IMG/VR virus record: IMGVR_UViG_3300027708_003081
Source: a virus
Taxonomy: Duplodnaviria; Heunggongvirae; Uroviricota; Caudoviricetes
Length of the DNA: 64,000 nt
Direction: 5' to 3' (one strand)
The position numbers and the translations under genes are program-made. Of this stretch, positions 18,182 to 27,271 are shown one piece after another. Under the pieces are notes generated by a model. The model did no database searches, was not told the DNA's origin, and saw nothing but the letters and a program-made list of their open reading frames with translations. Every line of letters starts with the position of its first letter. Within the stretch, counting starts at the first letter, position 1.

Positions 18182-19990
18182 ATGGGAGCATTATTAGAAT
18201 CAGGTCTCGTTGGTAACATCGGTCTTAAGCACCTTAAAGTTATCAAAGAAGATACTATTAGCAAATGGGACAAATTAGGGTTCCTTGAAGGTCTTAAAGG
18301 CCACCTAAAAGAAAATGTTGCACAGTTATATGAAAACCAAGCATCATTCTTGATAAACGAAGCATCATCAACATCTGATACAGGTGCATTTGAAACAGTT
18401 GTTTTCCCAATCGTACGTAGAGTATTCTCTAAGTTGTTGGCGAATGATATCGTTTCTGTACAAGCTATGAACTTACCAATTGGTAAATTGTTCTACTTTG
18501 TACCTAACATTCAGTCTTACGAAAGTGGAGACGGTATTGTAGGTGGTACACATTATTCACCTTATGGAGCACCAGGCGCAACTCAAGGTGTAAATGCAGG
18601 TTTTGATTTTAACACTGACAAGAGTTTGTATGACAGATTCTATGAAGGTAATGAACCAGCATTAGACCCTCCAGGTTTATTTGATTACTCAAAAGGACAA
18701 TTTTCTGCCGTTAGTGCTAGTGCGACTACTGTTTTATGGACAAATGGACAAATGTTACCAGGTGCATATACAATCGCAGCACAACCTGCTGAAGGTTATA
18801 GAAAAGCAATTGTTGTTTTATCAGGTTTCACAAATAACGGAGCGGGTAAATTAATTGGTCCTGATGGTCAAGTAATGGATAATGAAGCTTTCTTGTCTGA
18901 TTTGACAGTTAAATCTGTTAGTACAGGTGCTTTCTCAGGAACAGGTACGGGTAATTTATTATTCAGATTAGTAACTCAGAAATACGGTAGAGGTATTGTT
19001 CAATATGGTAATATTAATGCGACTACTTCATTCCCTTCAACAGGTAATGGTGGTACATACGATAACCTTTGTGATGCTGATGGTAAAATCTATATTGAAG
19101 TTGATTTACAAACACCTTGTACTGTAAATTCAAATTCACTTGATGGATATTCTGGTAGAACCATTACAGTTGATGGTACTGCAGCAGTAAACAGTCAATT
19201 TAGTGCAACTTACAGAGTTTACAAAACAATGGAGTTTGAAGATAAAATTGGTGAAGTTTCTTTTGACCTTCAATCTGTTACAGTTTCTGTTACTGAAAGA
19301 AAATTAAGAGCTCAATGGTCACCTGAAATGGCTCAAGACGTTGCAGCATTCCACAACATTGACGCTGAAGCTGAATTAACGGCTTTATTGTCTGAACAAG
19401 TTGCGGCTGAAATCGACCGTGAAATCCTTCGTGATTTACGTAAAGGTGCAGCTTGGAACTTACGTTGGGATTACAACGGTTGGAAGAGATTAGGAAGTCA
19501 AGCAGTTCCATACACTCAAAAAGATTGGAACCAAACTTTGATTACCGCAATCAACCAAATTTCTGCACAAATTCATAAGTCTACCTTAAGAGGTGGTGCT
19601 AACTGGATTGTTGTTTCTTCTGAAATCAGTGCAATTTTTGATGATTTGGAATATTTCCACGTATCAAACGCAGCTCCTGAGCAAGACCAATACAACATGG
19701 GTATTGAAAGAGTAGGTACTTTGGCTGGTCGTTACCAAGTTTATCGTGACCCTTACTTCCCAGCTAACCAAGTGTTGATGGGACACAAAGGAACGTCATT
19801 GTTAGATACAGGTTACATCTACGCACCGTACGTACCTCTACAATTAACTCCAACTATGTACAATCCGTTCAATTTTACTCCAATTAAGGGTATTATGACG
19901 AGATACGCGAAAAAAATGGTAAATAACAGGTTTTACGGAAGAATTACTGTAGATGGTGTTAGAACATTTGATTTGAAAGAATTGAGATAA
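18182..19990 (+). CDS. Major capsid protein (T4 gp23-like)
   Basis: IVRRVF..L.ANDIVSVQAM..P.G..FY, RKLRAQWSPEMAQD, IDAEAEL...EIDREI, YAPYVPL, F.P..GIMTRYA. Confidence 0.96.
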   Translation: MGALLESGLVGNIGLKHLKVIKEDTISKWDKLGFLEGLKGHLKENVAQLYENQASFLINEASSTSDTGAFETVVFPIVRRVFSKLLANDIVSVQAMNLPIGKLFYFVPNIQSYESGDGIVGGTHYSPYGAPGATQGVNAGFDFNTDKSLYDRFYEGNEPALDPPGLFDYSKGQFSAVSASATTVLWTNGQMLPGAYTIAAQPAEGYRKAIVVLSGFTNNGAGKLIGPDGQVMDNEAFLSDLTVKSVSTGAFSGTGTGNLLFRLVTQKYGRGIVQYGNINATTSFPSTGNGGTYDNLCDADGKIYIEVDLQTPCTVNSNSLDGYSGRTITVDGTAAVNSQFSATYRVYKTMEFEDKIGEVSFDLQSVTVSVTERKLRAQWSPEMAQDVAAFHNIDAEAELTALLSEQVAAEIDREILRDLRKGAAWNLRWDYNGWKRLGSQAVPYTQKDWNQTLITAINQISAQIHKSTLRGGANWIVVSSEISAIFDDLEYFHVSNAAPEQDQYNMGIERVGTLAGRYQVYRDPYFPANQVLMGHKGTSLLDTGYIYAPYVPLQLTPTMYNPFNFTPIKGIMTRYAKKMVNNRFYGRITVDGVRTFDLKELR

Positions 19991-20012
19991 TCAATCTTTT
20001 AAAAATACACTT

Positions 20013-20042
20013 AAGGAGACAAGAAATTGTCTCCTTTTTTTT
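20013..20042 (+). terminator. Intrinsic terminator after the capsid gene
   Basis: AAGGAGACAA-GAAA-TTGTCTCCTT followed by a long T-tract. Confidence 0.85.
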
Positions 20043-20094
20043 ATTAAAAATAATAATAGTTGATTTTTTGGACAAATTTATTATATTTATTATT

Positions 20095-20784
20095 ATGAGA
20101 AAGATAATATTAACAAAAGAACAAGTTGACGAAATTTTAAGATTGTATAATGATGAATTATTAGGTTCTCCGGCAATAAGTGAAAAACTAAAAATACACA
20201 AAACAATCGTATTAAATGCTTTAAGAGAAAATGGTGTTAAATTAGGTCCATCAGGTAGACGTTTTATTGGTGGTAGAACGGTTGCTATGAAGAAATACGA
20301 ATCAAAACCGGAAACAAAAGAGAGAAAAAAGAAAAATTATTATGAGTGGTACGAACAAAATAAAGACCACAGAAAAAAATATATGGATGAATACCGAGAA
20401 AATAACATCGATAAAATCCGAGAGGTTAAACGTAACTATGAAAGAAACCGGAAAGCGAACGACCCCCTCTATAAACTAGTTGCTAATTTTAGGACTGCGA
20501 TATATACCGTATTAAAAGAAAATAATATGAATAAATACGGACATTATTTTGAAATTTTACAGTATAGTCCTGAGGAACTTGCAATACACTTGGAAAATCA
20601 GTTTACAGAAGATATGACGTGGGAAAATTACGGGGAATGGCACGTTGACCATAGATTACCTATCACATCATTTAACTTCCAAGAAATCGGAGATAATGAA
20701 TTTATGAGGTGTTGGAGTTTGGATAATCTTCAACCGATGTGGGCGGACGAAAATATTAGAAAATCTAATAATATTTTAGTATAA
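20095..20784 (+). CDS. HNH-type endonuclease with a helical N-terminal region (probable homing endonuclease)
   Basis: WHVDHRLP...CWSLDNLQPMWADENIRKSN; ATG at 20095 preferred over TTG at 20068. Confidence 0.75.
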   Translation: MRKIILTKEQVDEILRLYNDELLGSPAISEKLKIHKTIVLNALRENGVKLGPSGRRFIGGRTVAMKKYESKPETKERKKKNYYEWYEQNKDHRKKYMDEYRENNIDKIREVKRNYERNRKANDPLYKLVANFRTAIYTVLKENNMNKYGHYFEILQYSPEELAIHLENQFTEDMTWENYGEWHVDHRLPITSFNFQEIGDNEFMRCWSLDNLQPMWADENIRKSNNILV

Positions 20785-20802
20785 ATTTATATCCCCAACA
20801 CA

Positions 20803-21039
20803 TTACTCAGTGGGGGTTTCTTCATTTTCGGGTTGGGTTAATATTCTTAACGCTTTTGAGAGTATTTCTGATTCTTGCATCGAGTATAAACTTTTAGTAT
20901 AAGCCATTTGAATTGCTTGTGTTAACACATAAAATGCTTGTTCGGGAGTCATTTTATCAATAAATTTTGGAACCGCTGATGGTTCATATATCGCAATACT
21001 TTCAAAAAGATATCCAATTGGTTCTGTTGTTCCTGTCAT
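20803..21039 (-). CDS. Hypothetical protein
   Basis: 78-aa ORF filling an intergenic gap. Confidence 0.55.
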   Translation of the reverse strand: MTGTTEPIGYLFESIAIYEPSAVPKFIDKMTPEQAFYVLTQAIQMAYTKSLYSMQESEILSKALRILTQPENEETPTE

Positions 21040-21076
21040 AATTAAAATTTAAGATATTTATAATATACGTAAATAT

Positions 21077-21763
21077 ATGAATAAAAAACAATTAAAAGAA
21101 TCAACGGGTTCGGGAAGTTCGGGAAGTTTTAAAACACCGATAAACTTTGCACCACTTGATTGGGGTAAAGAACCATTAGAACCTTTTAACATAAGGGTGT
21201 CTGACTATTTAAATCCAACTTTAGCTTACGATAGTTATGATGGTTCTTTAGATATTTCAAAAGAAAAGGCGGACAAAATAGAAAGACTTACAAAAAAGCT
21301 TTCAAGAAAGGCGTCAGAAGCATTTGGACAAAATGATGATGATGGAAATCCATTAAATGGTTTTATTCCTATGGGAGATACTACATCAGGGACGCCTGGC
21401 AAAGAATCTGATTTGGTTAAAGAAGATTTGGGTGTTTGGTTTGGAACAAAAAAGAAACCAAAAGGTAGTAGTCAACCAAAAGGTCCTTGGGTTAATATTT
21501 GTCGTAAAAAAGAAGGCGGTGGACATCCTCCTTGTGGTAGACCGGACGCATCAGATAAGGGGTACCCTAAATGTAGAGCGGCGGGAGTTGCATCCAAAAT
21601 GACGGATTCTCAAAAAAGAAGTGCGTGTCAACAAAAAAGAAAGGCTGAAAAATCACATTCAAAATCAGGTACGGGAAACAAACCAAAAATGACTCATTAC
21701 AAGCCAAAAAATGAATCTACAAGAGATTTAATTAGAAAAATATTAAGAGAAAATTTTAACTAA
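21077..21763 (+). CDS. Basic Cys-containing protein (WF...WVNIC...PCGR...YPKC motif)
   Basis: Basic C-terminal domain with 4 Cys; TATTTAT upstream. Confidence 0.6.
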   Translation: MNKKQLKESTGSGSSGSFKTPINFAPLDWGKEPLEPFNIRVSDYLNPTLAYDSYDGSLDISKEKADKIERLTKKLSRKASEAFGQNDDDGNPLNGFIPMGDTTSGTPGKESDLVKEDLGVWFGTKKKPKGSSQPKGPWVNICRKKEGGGHPPCGRPDASDKGYPKCRAAGVASKMTDSQKRSACQQKRKAEKSHSKSGTGNKPKMTHYKPKNESTRDLIRKILRENFN

Positions 21764-22157
21764 CTTTTTTAAGTATTTCTTTTAAAGAATGTTGGATATT
21801 ATTTTTTATTTCATCTTCAAGTTCTTGTCTTCTTTTTTCCATCTCATTATCAAATAATTCACAAATGTTTGAATAATATTCAAATGATTCAATAAAAACA
21901 TTATAACTATATACGTGATTTATTAGACTAATTGTCCTGCTATTAATAACAATAAACATATTGTTATCGTCGTTTTTTATAAATCTTTTAAAAGATATGG
22001 GGGCATTTGTTAATTTTGAATTAGGATTCATAATTAACTTTTGGCATATTTGAATTGCGTAAATTTCTTCTTCTTTAGGTTCAGGAGTGGGGTCAAATTT
22101 GTTTTTGAGATATAGATATAATCTATGTAATAGTCCGGATTTTTTTTCAGTATTCAT
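21756..22157 (-). CDS. Hypothetical protein
   Basis: 133-aa ORF; TAATTTTG (TAnnTTTG) at 22162-22169 on the minus strand. Confidence 0.6.
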   Translation of the reverse strand: MNTEKKSGLLHRLYLYLKNKFDPTPEPKEEEIYAIQICQKLIMNPNSKLTNAPISFKRFIKNDDNNMFIVINSRTISLINHVYSYNVFIESFEYYSNICELFDNEMEKRRQELEDEIKNNIQHSLKEILKKVS

Positions 22158-22223
22158 ACCACAAAATTAGTGTTTTTTATTGATTAAATAAACATAGTCA
22201 CCTATTTTTAAAAAAAAATAATA

Positions 22224-22649
22224 ATGAAAAAAGTACAAAACGGAAACACAGTAAGTGTAAATTACACAGGAAAATTTGAAGATGGACAAATTTTTGATAC
22301 TTCCTTAATTGAAGGAAGAGAACCTATTAAAGCGACTATTGGTGAAAAACAAGTAATTCCAGGATTTGAAAATGGACTTCTTGAAATGGAGATTGGAGAA
22401 AAGAAAACAATCGAAATTGAGGCGGTAGATGCTTATGGTGATTATAAAGAAGAAATGATATTCGATGTTCCAAAAGGTCAATTCCCTGAAGGAGTTAAAA
22501 CAGGTGATATTCTAAATGCTCAAAGCGCTATGGGACCTGTAAACGTAACAGTAGTTGAAGTTATGGAGGATATGATTAAGATTGATGCTAATCATCCTTT
22601 GGCAGGTAAAAAACTCATATTTGATTTGGAAGTGATGGATATTCAGTAA
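22224..22649 (+). CDS. FKBP-type peptidyl-prolyl isomerase (SlyD-like, no His-rich tail)
   Basis: VSVNYTGK.EDG.IFDTS, VIPGFENGL, AYG, IDANHPLAGKKLIFDLEV. Confidence 0.93.
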   Translation: MKKVQNGNTVSVNYTGKFEDGQIFDTSLIEGREPIKATIGEKQVIPGFENGLLEMEIGEKKTIEIEAVDAYGDYKEEMIFDVPKGQFPEGVKTGDILNAQSAMGPVNVTVVEVMEDMIKIDANHPLAGKKLIFDLEVMDIQ

Positions 22650-22656
22650 AAAATTT

Positions 22657-22681
22657 AACCCCTCTTTTGGAGGGGTTTTTT
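22657..22681. terminator. Intrinsic terminator between convergent genes
   Basis: AACCCCTC-TTTTG-GAGGGGTT followed by Ts. Confidence 0.75.
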
Positions 22682-22686
22682 ATTTC

Positions 22687-23154
22687 TTAACAATAAGGTG
22701 GAGAACATCTTTTTTTACCATCTGAACCAGGCATTTTACCTTTACATACTTGAACCGCGTAACCGTTCGCATATGCCGAGGGGTAAACCTTAAATTTAGA
22801 TTTTGCTGCGGATTTACCACGAGCACATAATTTAGTTCCTGATTTTTTACGTCCTTCTGACATCATATCCATTTCATCGTGAGGTATATTCTCTTCACGT
22901 TTTGTTTCATTCATCATAAAGTCAAATACTTGGTCGACATTCTCTTTTGCAGATGAGATATGGTCATCAGCCCAATCGTGCCCATTCATTAAAATCTCGT
23001 CCACCGTACGGGGGTCTAATTCCAATAATAATTCACATTGTCTTTTCATTTGTTCCAAATTACTGAAAAACATATAATTTGGTGATTCTTGTTCCTTAAG
23101 AACTTTTTTAACGAGACGATTTATGTCTGTTTCTGTTAATTTAATTGTTTTCAT
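22687..23154 (-). CDS. Putative head-internal protein: conserved leader plus basic Cys-rich C-domain (KFKVYPSAYA)
   Basis: Leader MKTIKLTETDINRLVKKVLKEQ; C-terminal LCARGK...KFKVYPSAYANGYAVQVCKG. Confidence 0.6.
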   Translation of the reverse strand: MKTIKLTETDINRLVKKVLKEQESPNYMFFSNLEQMKRQCELLLELDPRTVDEILMNGHDWADDHISSAKENVDQVFDFMMNETKREENIPHDEMDMMSEGRKKSGTKLCARGKSAAKSKFKVYPSAYANGYAVQVCKGKMPGSDGKKRCSPPYC

Positions 23155-23156
23155 AA

Positions 23157-23768
23157 TTATTGAATTTTATATCCTGTACTAGCAGTGTTTACGAATTTAT
23201 CTAATCCACCAAGATTATTTTTAAATAGATTAATAACATCAAGAGGTGTTATTTTTTGTTTATTAGGGAAATGGTGTTTATAAAAAGGAAAATATATATC
23301 TGCGCCTATAAACTTTGACATATCTTCAGGATTTTTAAAATTACCTGATGTGTCAAAATATTTTGTATATTCTGTATTAGAATTTTTTCTATTAAATCTA
23401 TCAGCATCTCTCCAAGCCGCAGTATAATAATCCATTTTATTTTTTTTACTTGGTGGTTGAACTTCATCAGGTAACGAAGCTCTATCATTTTTATATGATG
23501 TCATAATTAAATCTTTATCATTATCATCGTAAGATAAGAAATTACTAATTTCCGCAAAATTTGAACCACCACTAATTGTGTCTTCGTATGTACCATCTCC
23601 ACTTCCTGAATCATCAGTACCTAAACGAGAACCTATTTTTTTTATTCCATCGCCAGTCATTGTTGATGACGTTCCATGACATCCATATCCACCCTTAGAA
23701 CATCTTTGTTCTTTAATAGTTTGTCGTATTAAACTAATAAGTTCCGACTCAGTTAATCTTACTTTCAT
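23157..23768 (-). CDS. Putative head-internal protein with the conserved leader
   Basis: Leader MKVRLTESELISLIRQTIKEQ. Confidence 0.6.
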   Translation of the reverse strand: MKVRLTESELISLIRQTIKEQRCSKGGYGCHGTSSTMTGDGIKKIGSRLGTDDSGSGDGTYEDTISGGSNFAEISNFLSYDDNDKDLIMTSYKNDRASLPDEVQPPSKKNKMDYYTAAWRDADRFNRKNSNTEYTKYFDTSGNFKNPEDMSKFIGADIYFPFYKHHFPNKQKITPLDVINLFKNNLGGLDKFVNTASTGYKIQ

Positions 23769-23769
23769 A

Positions 23770-23967
23770 TTAGTTATTTAAACCGTTAAAACCACCAATT
23801 GTTATAGAAGAGTAATCAATCACAGTATCTCCTGTAGATGAATGGGCATATGTTATATTTTGTGGATGTGGAGCATTCCCCAAAGAAGAATCCCAAGTAC
23901 CCCCCGAAAAACTACCTAATATTTGATTAGAATATTGATAGAATGTATTTGCGCTATATGTTGCCAT
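23770..23967 (-). CDS. Small S/T/G-rich hypothetical protein, probably structural
   Basis: 65 aa; TATTTAT upstream; 1-nt gap to the next gene. Confidence 0.55.
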   Translation of the reverse strand: MATYSANTFYQYSNQILGSFSGGTWDSSLGNAPHPQNITYAHSSTGDTVIDYSSITIGGFNGLNN

Positions 23968-23994
23968 AATATTTTAATTTATAATAAATATCTT

Positions 23995-25527
23995 TTATTT
24001 CTTGTTTACTATCTGAAATGTTAATTGTTTTTTGTAAGTATCTTTTTGCCCACTAATATTTACCTTCATATCAACATAATATTGATTAGGTATTTTATCT
24101 GTTGTATCAAAAATAAAATAATACTCGTTAGGTGTTCTATTAATTTTAGTCCAATCTTGAACTTGAACTTCTGTAGTTCCTTCTCTTACATATATTCTAT
24201 AAAATGCGTCAACATCAGATAATAATGTTTGAGTTGAGTACGCTTTTTTAATTATAACACCAACTTTTCTAATGTCCGTGTTTAATATTTTTTCATCTTG
24301 TTTTATACCATAAAAATCAAATCCAAATACTTCAGGAGTATTTGATAATGAACCCATTTGAACTTTTGCTCCAACATTTTTTAATATAAATTGATTTGTT
24401 ACATTTGGAAGGTATTCTCCATTCAATATTAGATTACTCCATATATCATAAAACTCACAAGGAGTGTTATAAGTATTGAATACCGCAGGAACAAAAACTT
24501 CATACACACCCGTCGTTCTTGGACATCCTGTAAGATTTAAAACAACAGGTTCATCATTTCTATCTAATATTGTTGCAATTGGCGCTGAATCTAAATTAAC
24601 TAAATTACCATTTTGATAAACATACAGATATAGTTTATTTGTCTGATTTTTTACAAAATTATTTCTATCGTCTTGTATTAAATCATCATAAGTAGTTAAT
24701 AAATAAGGTTGGTAAAAAGTTTGTGTATGTCTTGTAAAGAACGCTACACTATAAGTCTCGGTTAATCCTGTAATATTTTCAACATCAGGAAGATACGCAA
24801 CACCCCAACCTGTCACACCAGTTAATGTACCATCAATAATACTATTGATTTCATCCGTCATATTAAAATTAATATCTTCATTTCCAAATTCAAAATGTTG
24901 CCTGTCTATTATTGTTAATCCGCTAAAATTAACAATACCATTATCTTTATTATCATAAATTCCTTGTTGAGACCAGTTAGTTATAGTTGTTGTTTTAAAC
25001 CAATTAGAAGGTCTATCAGAGTAAGACCTATCATCAACATATGTTAATGGAGAAGAACCCCCTTGATTGTTTACTGTTGCTAAATTAAACTCATTAAAAT
25101 CATATCCCACACCTTCATCCCAATACTGCGGATTTCCTATATTTTCTTGTGTTTTTGGAATTCTAAATAATATTAAATCAAATGAAGTTGCTCTTCTTCT
25201 ACCTGTAGTCATTTTTGTGTTTAATAACTCCTCTTGAAATGAAGAAGTATTTGTCATCTGTAGATAGTGAGTCATATTATCAGTACAGGCGGTTGTTATC
25301 AAATTATTTTTGATATTATTGATTAAACCATTTAAATCTAAATTGAAGATAAATCTTGTAAATCCACCGGAATAAACCTGAGAACCACTAAATGGTATTC
25401 TTAATGGACCCGATGGTATGTCCTGACCACCAAAATTTAATTCCATAACAGGGTTTCTTCCCGTGTTAGTGTAGGAATTAGAAATTATGGTATTATTTTT
25501 ATTTATGTAAGACCTGAATATTGACAT
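23995..25527 (-). CDS. Probable virion structural protein (tail/baseplate region)
   Basis: 510 aa, N/T/aromatic beta-rich composition; adjacent to the gp5-like gene. Confidence 0.5.
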   Translation of the reverse strand: MSIFRSYINKNNTIISNSYTNTGRNPVMELNFGGQDIPSGPLRIPFSGSQVYSGGFTRFIFNLDLNGLINNIKNNLITTACTDNMTHYLQMTNTSSFQEELLNTKMTTGRRRATSFDLILFRIPKTQENIGNPQYWDEGVGYDFNEFNLATVNNQGGSSPLTYVDDRSYSDRPSNWFKTTTITNWSQQGIYDNKDNGIVNFSGLTIIDRQHFEFGNEDINFNMTDEINSIIDGTLTGVTGWGVAYLPDVENITGLTETYSVAFFTRHTQTFYQPYLLTTYDDLIQDDRNNFVKNQTNKLYLYVYQNGNLVNLDSAPIATILDRNDEPVVLNLTGCPRTTGVYEVFVPAVFNTYNTPCEFYDIWSNLILNGEYLPNVTNQFILKNVGAKVQMGSLSNTPEVFGFDFYGIKQDEKILNTDIRKVGVIIKKAYSTQTLLSDVDAFYRIYVREGTTEVQVQDWTKINRTPNEYYFIFDTTDKIPNQYYVDMKVNISGQKDTYKKQLTFQIVNKK

Positions 25528-25550
25528 TTATATGTTTTATTATATAAATA

Positions 25551-27068
25551 TCAATTCAAACGAATATTCTTATTTAAAATCGTATTTATCGCATTTTGCA
25601 TTTGAGAAAGTAAATCTGCGGTGTTTGAACCATCCTGTGTGACAGATACTGGAGGTAATCCAGGATATGCGTGAGTATGAGTCGTTAAAAATCTAACAAT
25701 AACATTTAATAAATCTAAAAGTTCTTCGCCTCTTACCATACTTGAGGTTTTAGGTAAAATTTCATCTGTATATACATCATTTGAAATTCCATATAAAGTA
25801 CCATCAAAATTAATTTTTCCTTTTCCCGGTATTGACTCTCCGTGAGATAATAAACATATTTTGTCAGCGCCAAAGGCACCAAATGTTATGGGTGTATCGT
25901 TATATTGGTCTAAGGGAACTTGTTTAGATACCGTTGTATAAGGTTTTCCAACCGTATCTTCTTTCCAAATTAACCCGTATCCAGGTGTTAAAGTCGTATT
26001 GTTTAATTTTATTTTTGTGTATATACTATTAATATTTGATGGAACTTCAAGACCCGAAATTGAATTTGGAACCGAAGTCATCTTCTCGTAAGTTTGATTA
26101 TTTGGTCTGTAAAATATTGGATAAGGTTCATTAAAGAAAACTTTTTTACCGTTAATATTCCCTTTTTTATTACATACATTTATAAAGTCATTTATAAATT
26201 TGGCAGTATCAACTGAAGATAAAGATTGAAAGTCAGAAGATGAAACTAAAAATTTTAAATCGTCAATTTTTGAATCAACTTTAAGTTCTTTAGAATTACA
26301 TCTAATGTTTGGTTTTAACCTGTATAAATAAACAGTTCCCGTAAATTTTTGTTGTAAATTTTCAGGGTTATTTATCACCCATTCAATTAAATAATTTACC
26401 ATTATCACTCTCTCAAAATTTTCAACATAAGTAACATCTTTGTCAAAAATTTTAATCCTTTGAAATTTAGATAATTGTAAAAACGACCTTGTGTTGTTTG
26501 CCGCGGGAATTTCATTCGGTTGTATAGTTCCAATTGTTTTACCCGCCCTTAATAAAACTTCATCTTCTTTAACTATTAAATCAGCACTACCTCTACCCAA
26601 AATTGCATTATCACCTGGTTCAGGGAAAACCCCTTCATTTTTAGGACTTGCATATGTACCATCTTGATTTTTTAAAACCACCGCTTTTTTATACTGACCA
26701 CCAAGACCTGTTTCAGATTGAGCACCCACATAAAATTCTTCAGGTGAAGTTGTTGGAGATGAAAAAGAAGCCTGAATATAAAATTGGTTTTGGAATTTAT
26801 AATCATTATTATAGTAAAAAACAAAAATTAACTCTTTTTCTTTAGGTATTTGATATACAAAATATGGTAAAAAAGTGGTAAAAAGATATGGGTCTCTACT
26901 TGTCCATTTATCTTTAGCTTCATCAAATGGAGGATTAGTAAAACTATTTACGATATCATTAAAATTATCAACTTGAACTCTGGCCCTTACCCTACCTAAC
27001 ATAAGTGGGTCTTTATTGTCAATAACCTCCGCCTGATAGAAAAAATTTTTATGAATTTTGTGACTCAT
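25551..27068 (-). CDS. Baseplate hub/central spike protein (gp5 N-terminal OB-fold; C-terminal HxH)
   Basis: AEVIDNKDPLMLGRVRARV at the N-terminus; THTHAYPG near the C-terminus. Confidence 0.72.
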   Translation of the reverse strand: MSHKIHKNFFYQAEVIDNKDPLMLGRVRARVQVDNFNDIVNSFTNPPFDEAKDKWTSRDPYLFTTFLPYFVYQIPKEKELIFVFYYNNDYKFQNQFYIQASFSSPTTSPEEFYVGAQSETGLGGQYKKAVVLKNQDGTYASPKNEGVFPEPGDNAILGRGSADLIVKEDEVLLRAGKTIGTIQPNEIPAANNTRSFLQLSKFQRIKIFDKDVTYVENFERVIMVNYLIEWVINNPENLQQKFTGTVYLYRLKPNIRCNSKELKVDSKIDDLKFLVSSSDFQSLSSVDTAKFINDFINVCNKKGNINGKKVFFNEPYPIFYRPNNQTYEKMTSVPNSISGLEVPSNINSIYTKIKLNNTTLTPGYGLIWKEDTVGKPYTTVSKQVPLDQYNDTPITFGAFGADKICLLSHGESIPGKGKINFDGTLYGISNDVYTDEILPKTSSMVRGEELLDLLNVIVRFLTTHTHAYPGLPPVSVTQDGSNTADLLSQMQNAINTILNKNIRLN

Positions 27069-27270
27069 TACCTCTATTTTGATATTCTTTTAGTGTTAAG
27101 TTATAAAGCTCTTCAATTTTATCCAAATGTAAAGTCAACCCAATAATTTTTTCCTTGGTTAACTCAAACTCTAACGTTAATTTATCCATAAAATCAATTA
27201 ACACAGTATTTGGTAAATTTTTTAAATTACCTTGTTGGGATACGATATTTTCCAATTCTAATTTTGTCAT
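27049..27270 (-). CDS. Hypothetical protein
   Basis: ORF track gives 27049..27306; ATG at 27270 abuts the upstream stop. Confidence 0.55.
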   Translation of the reverse strand: MTKLELENIVSQQGNLKNLPNTVLIDFMDKLTLEFELTKEKIIGLTLHLDKIEELYNLTLKEYQNRGNESQNS

Positions 27271-27271
27271 A

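Noticed and set aside
10451-19990. Introns or inteins in terminase, portal or capsid
   Set aside because: ORFs are continuous and of plausible length, with no intein C/HN boundary or LAGLIDADG motifs seen
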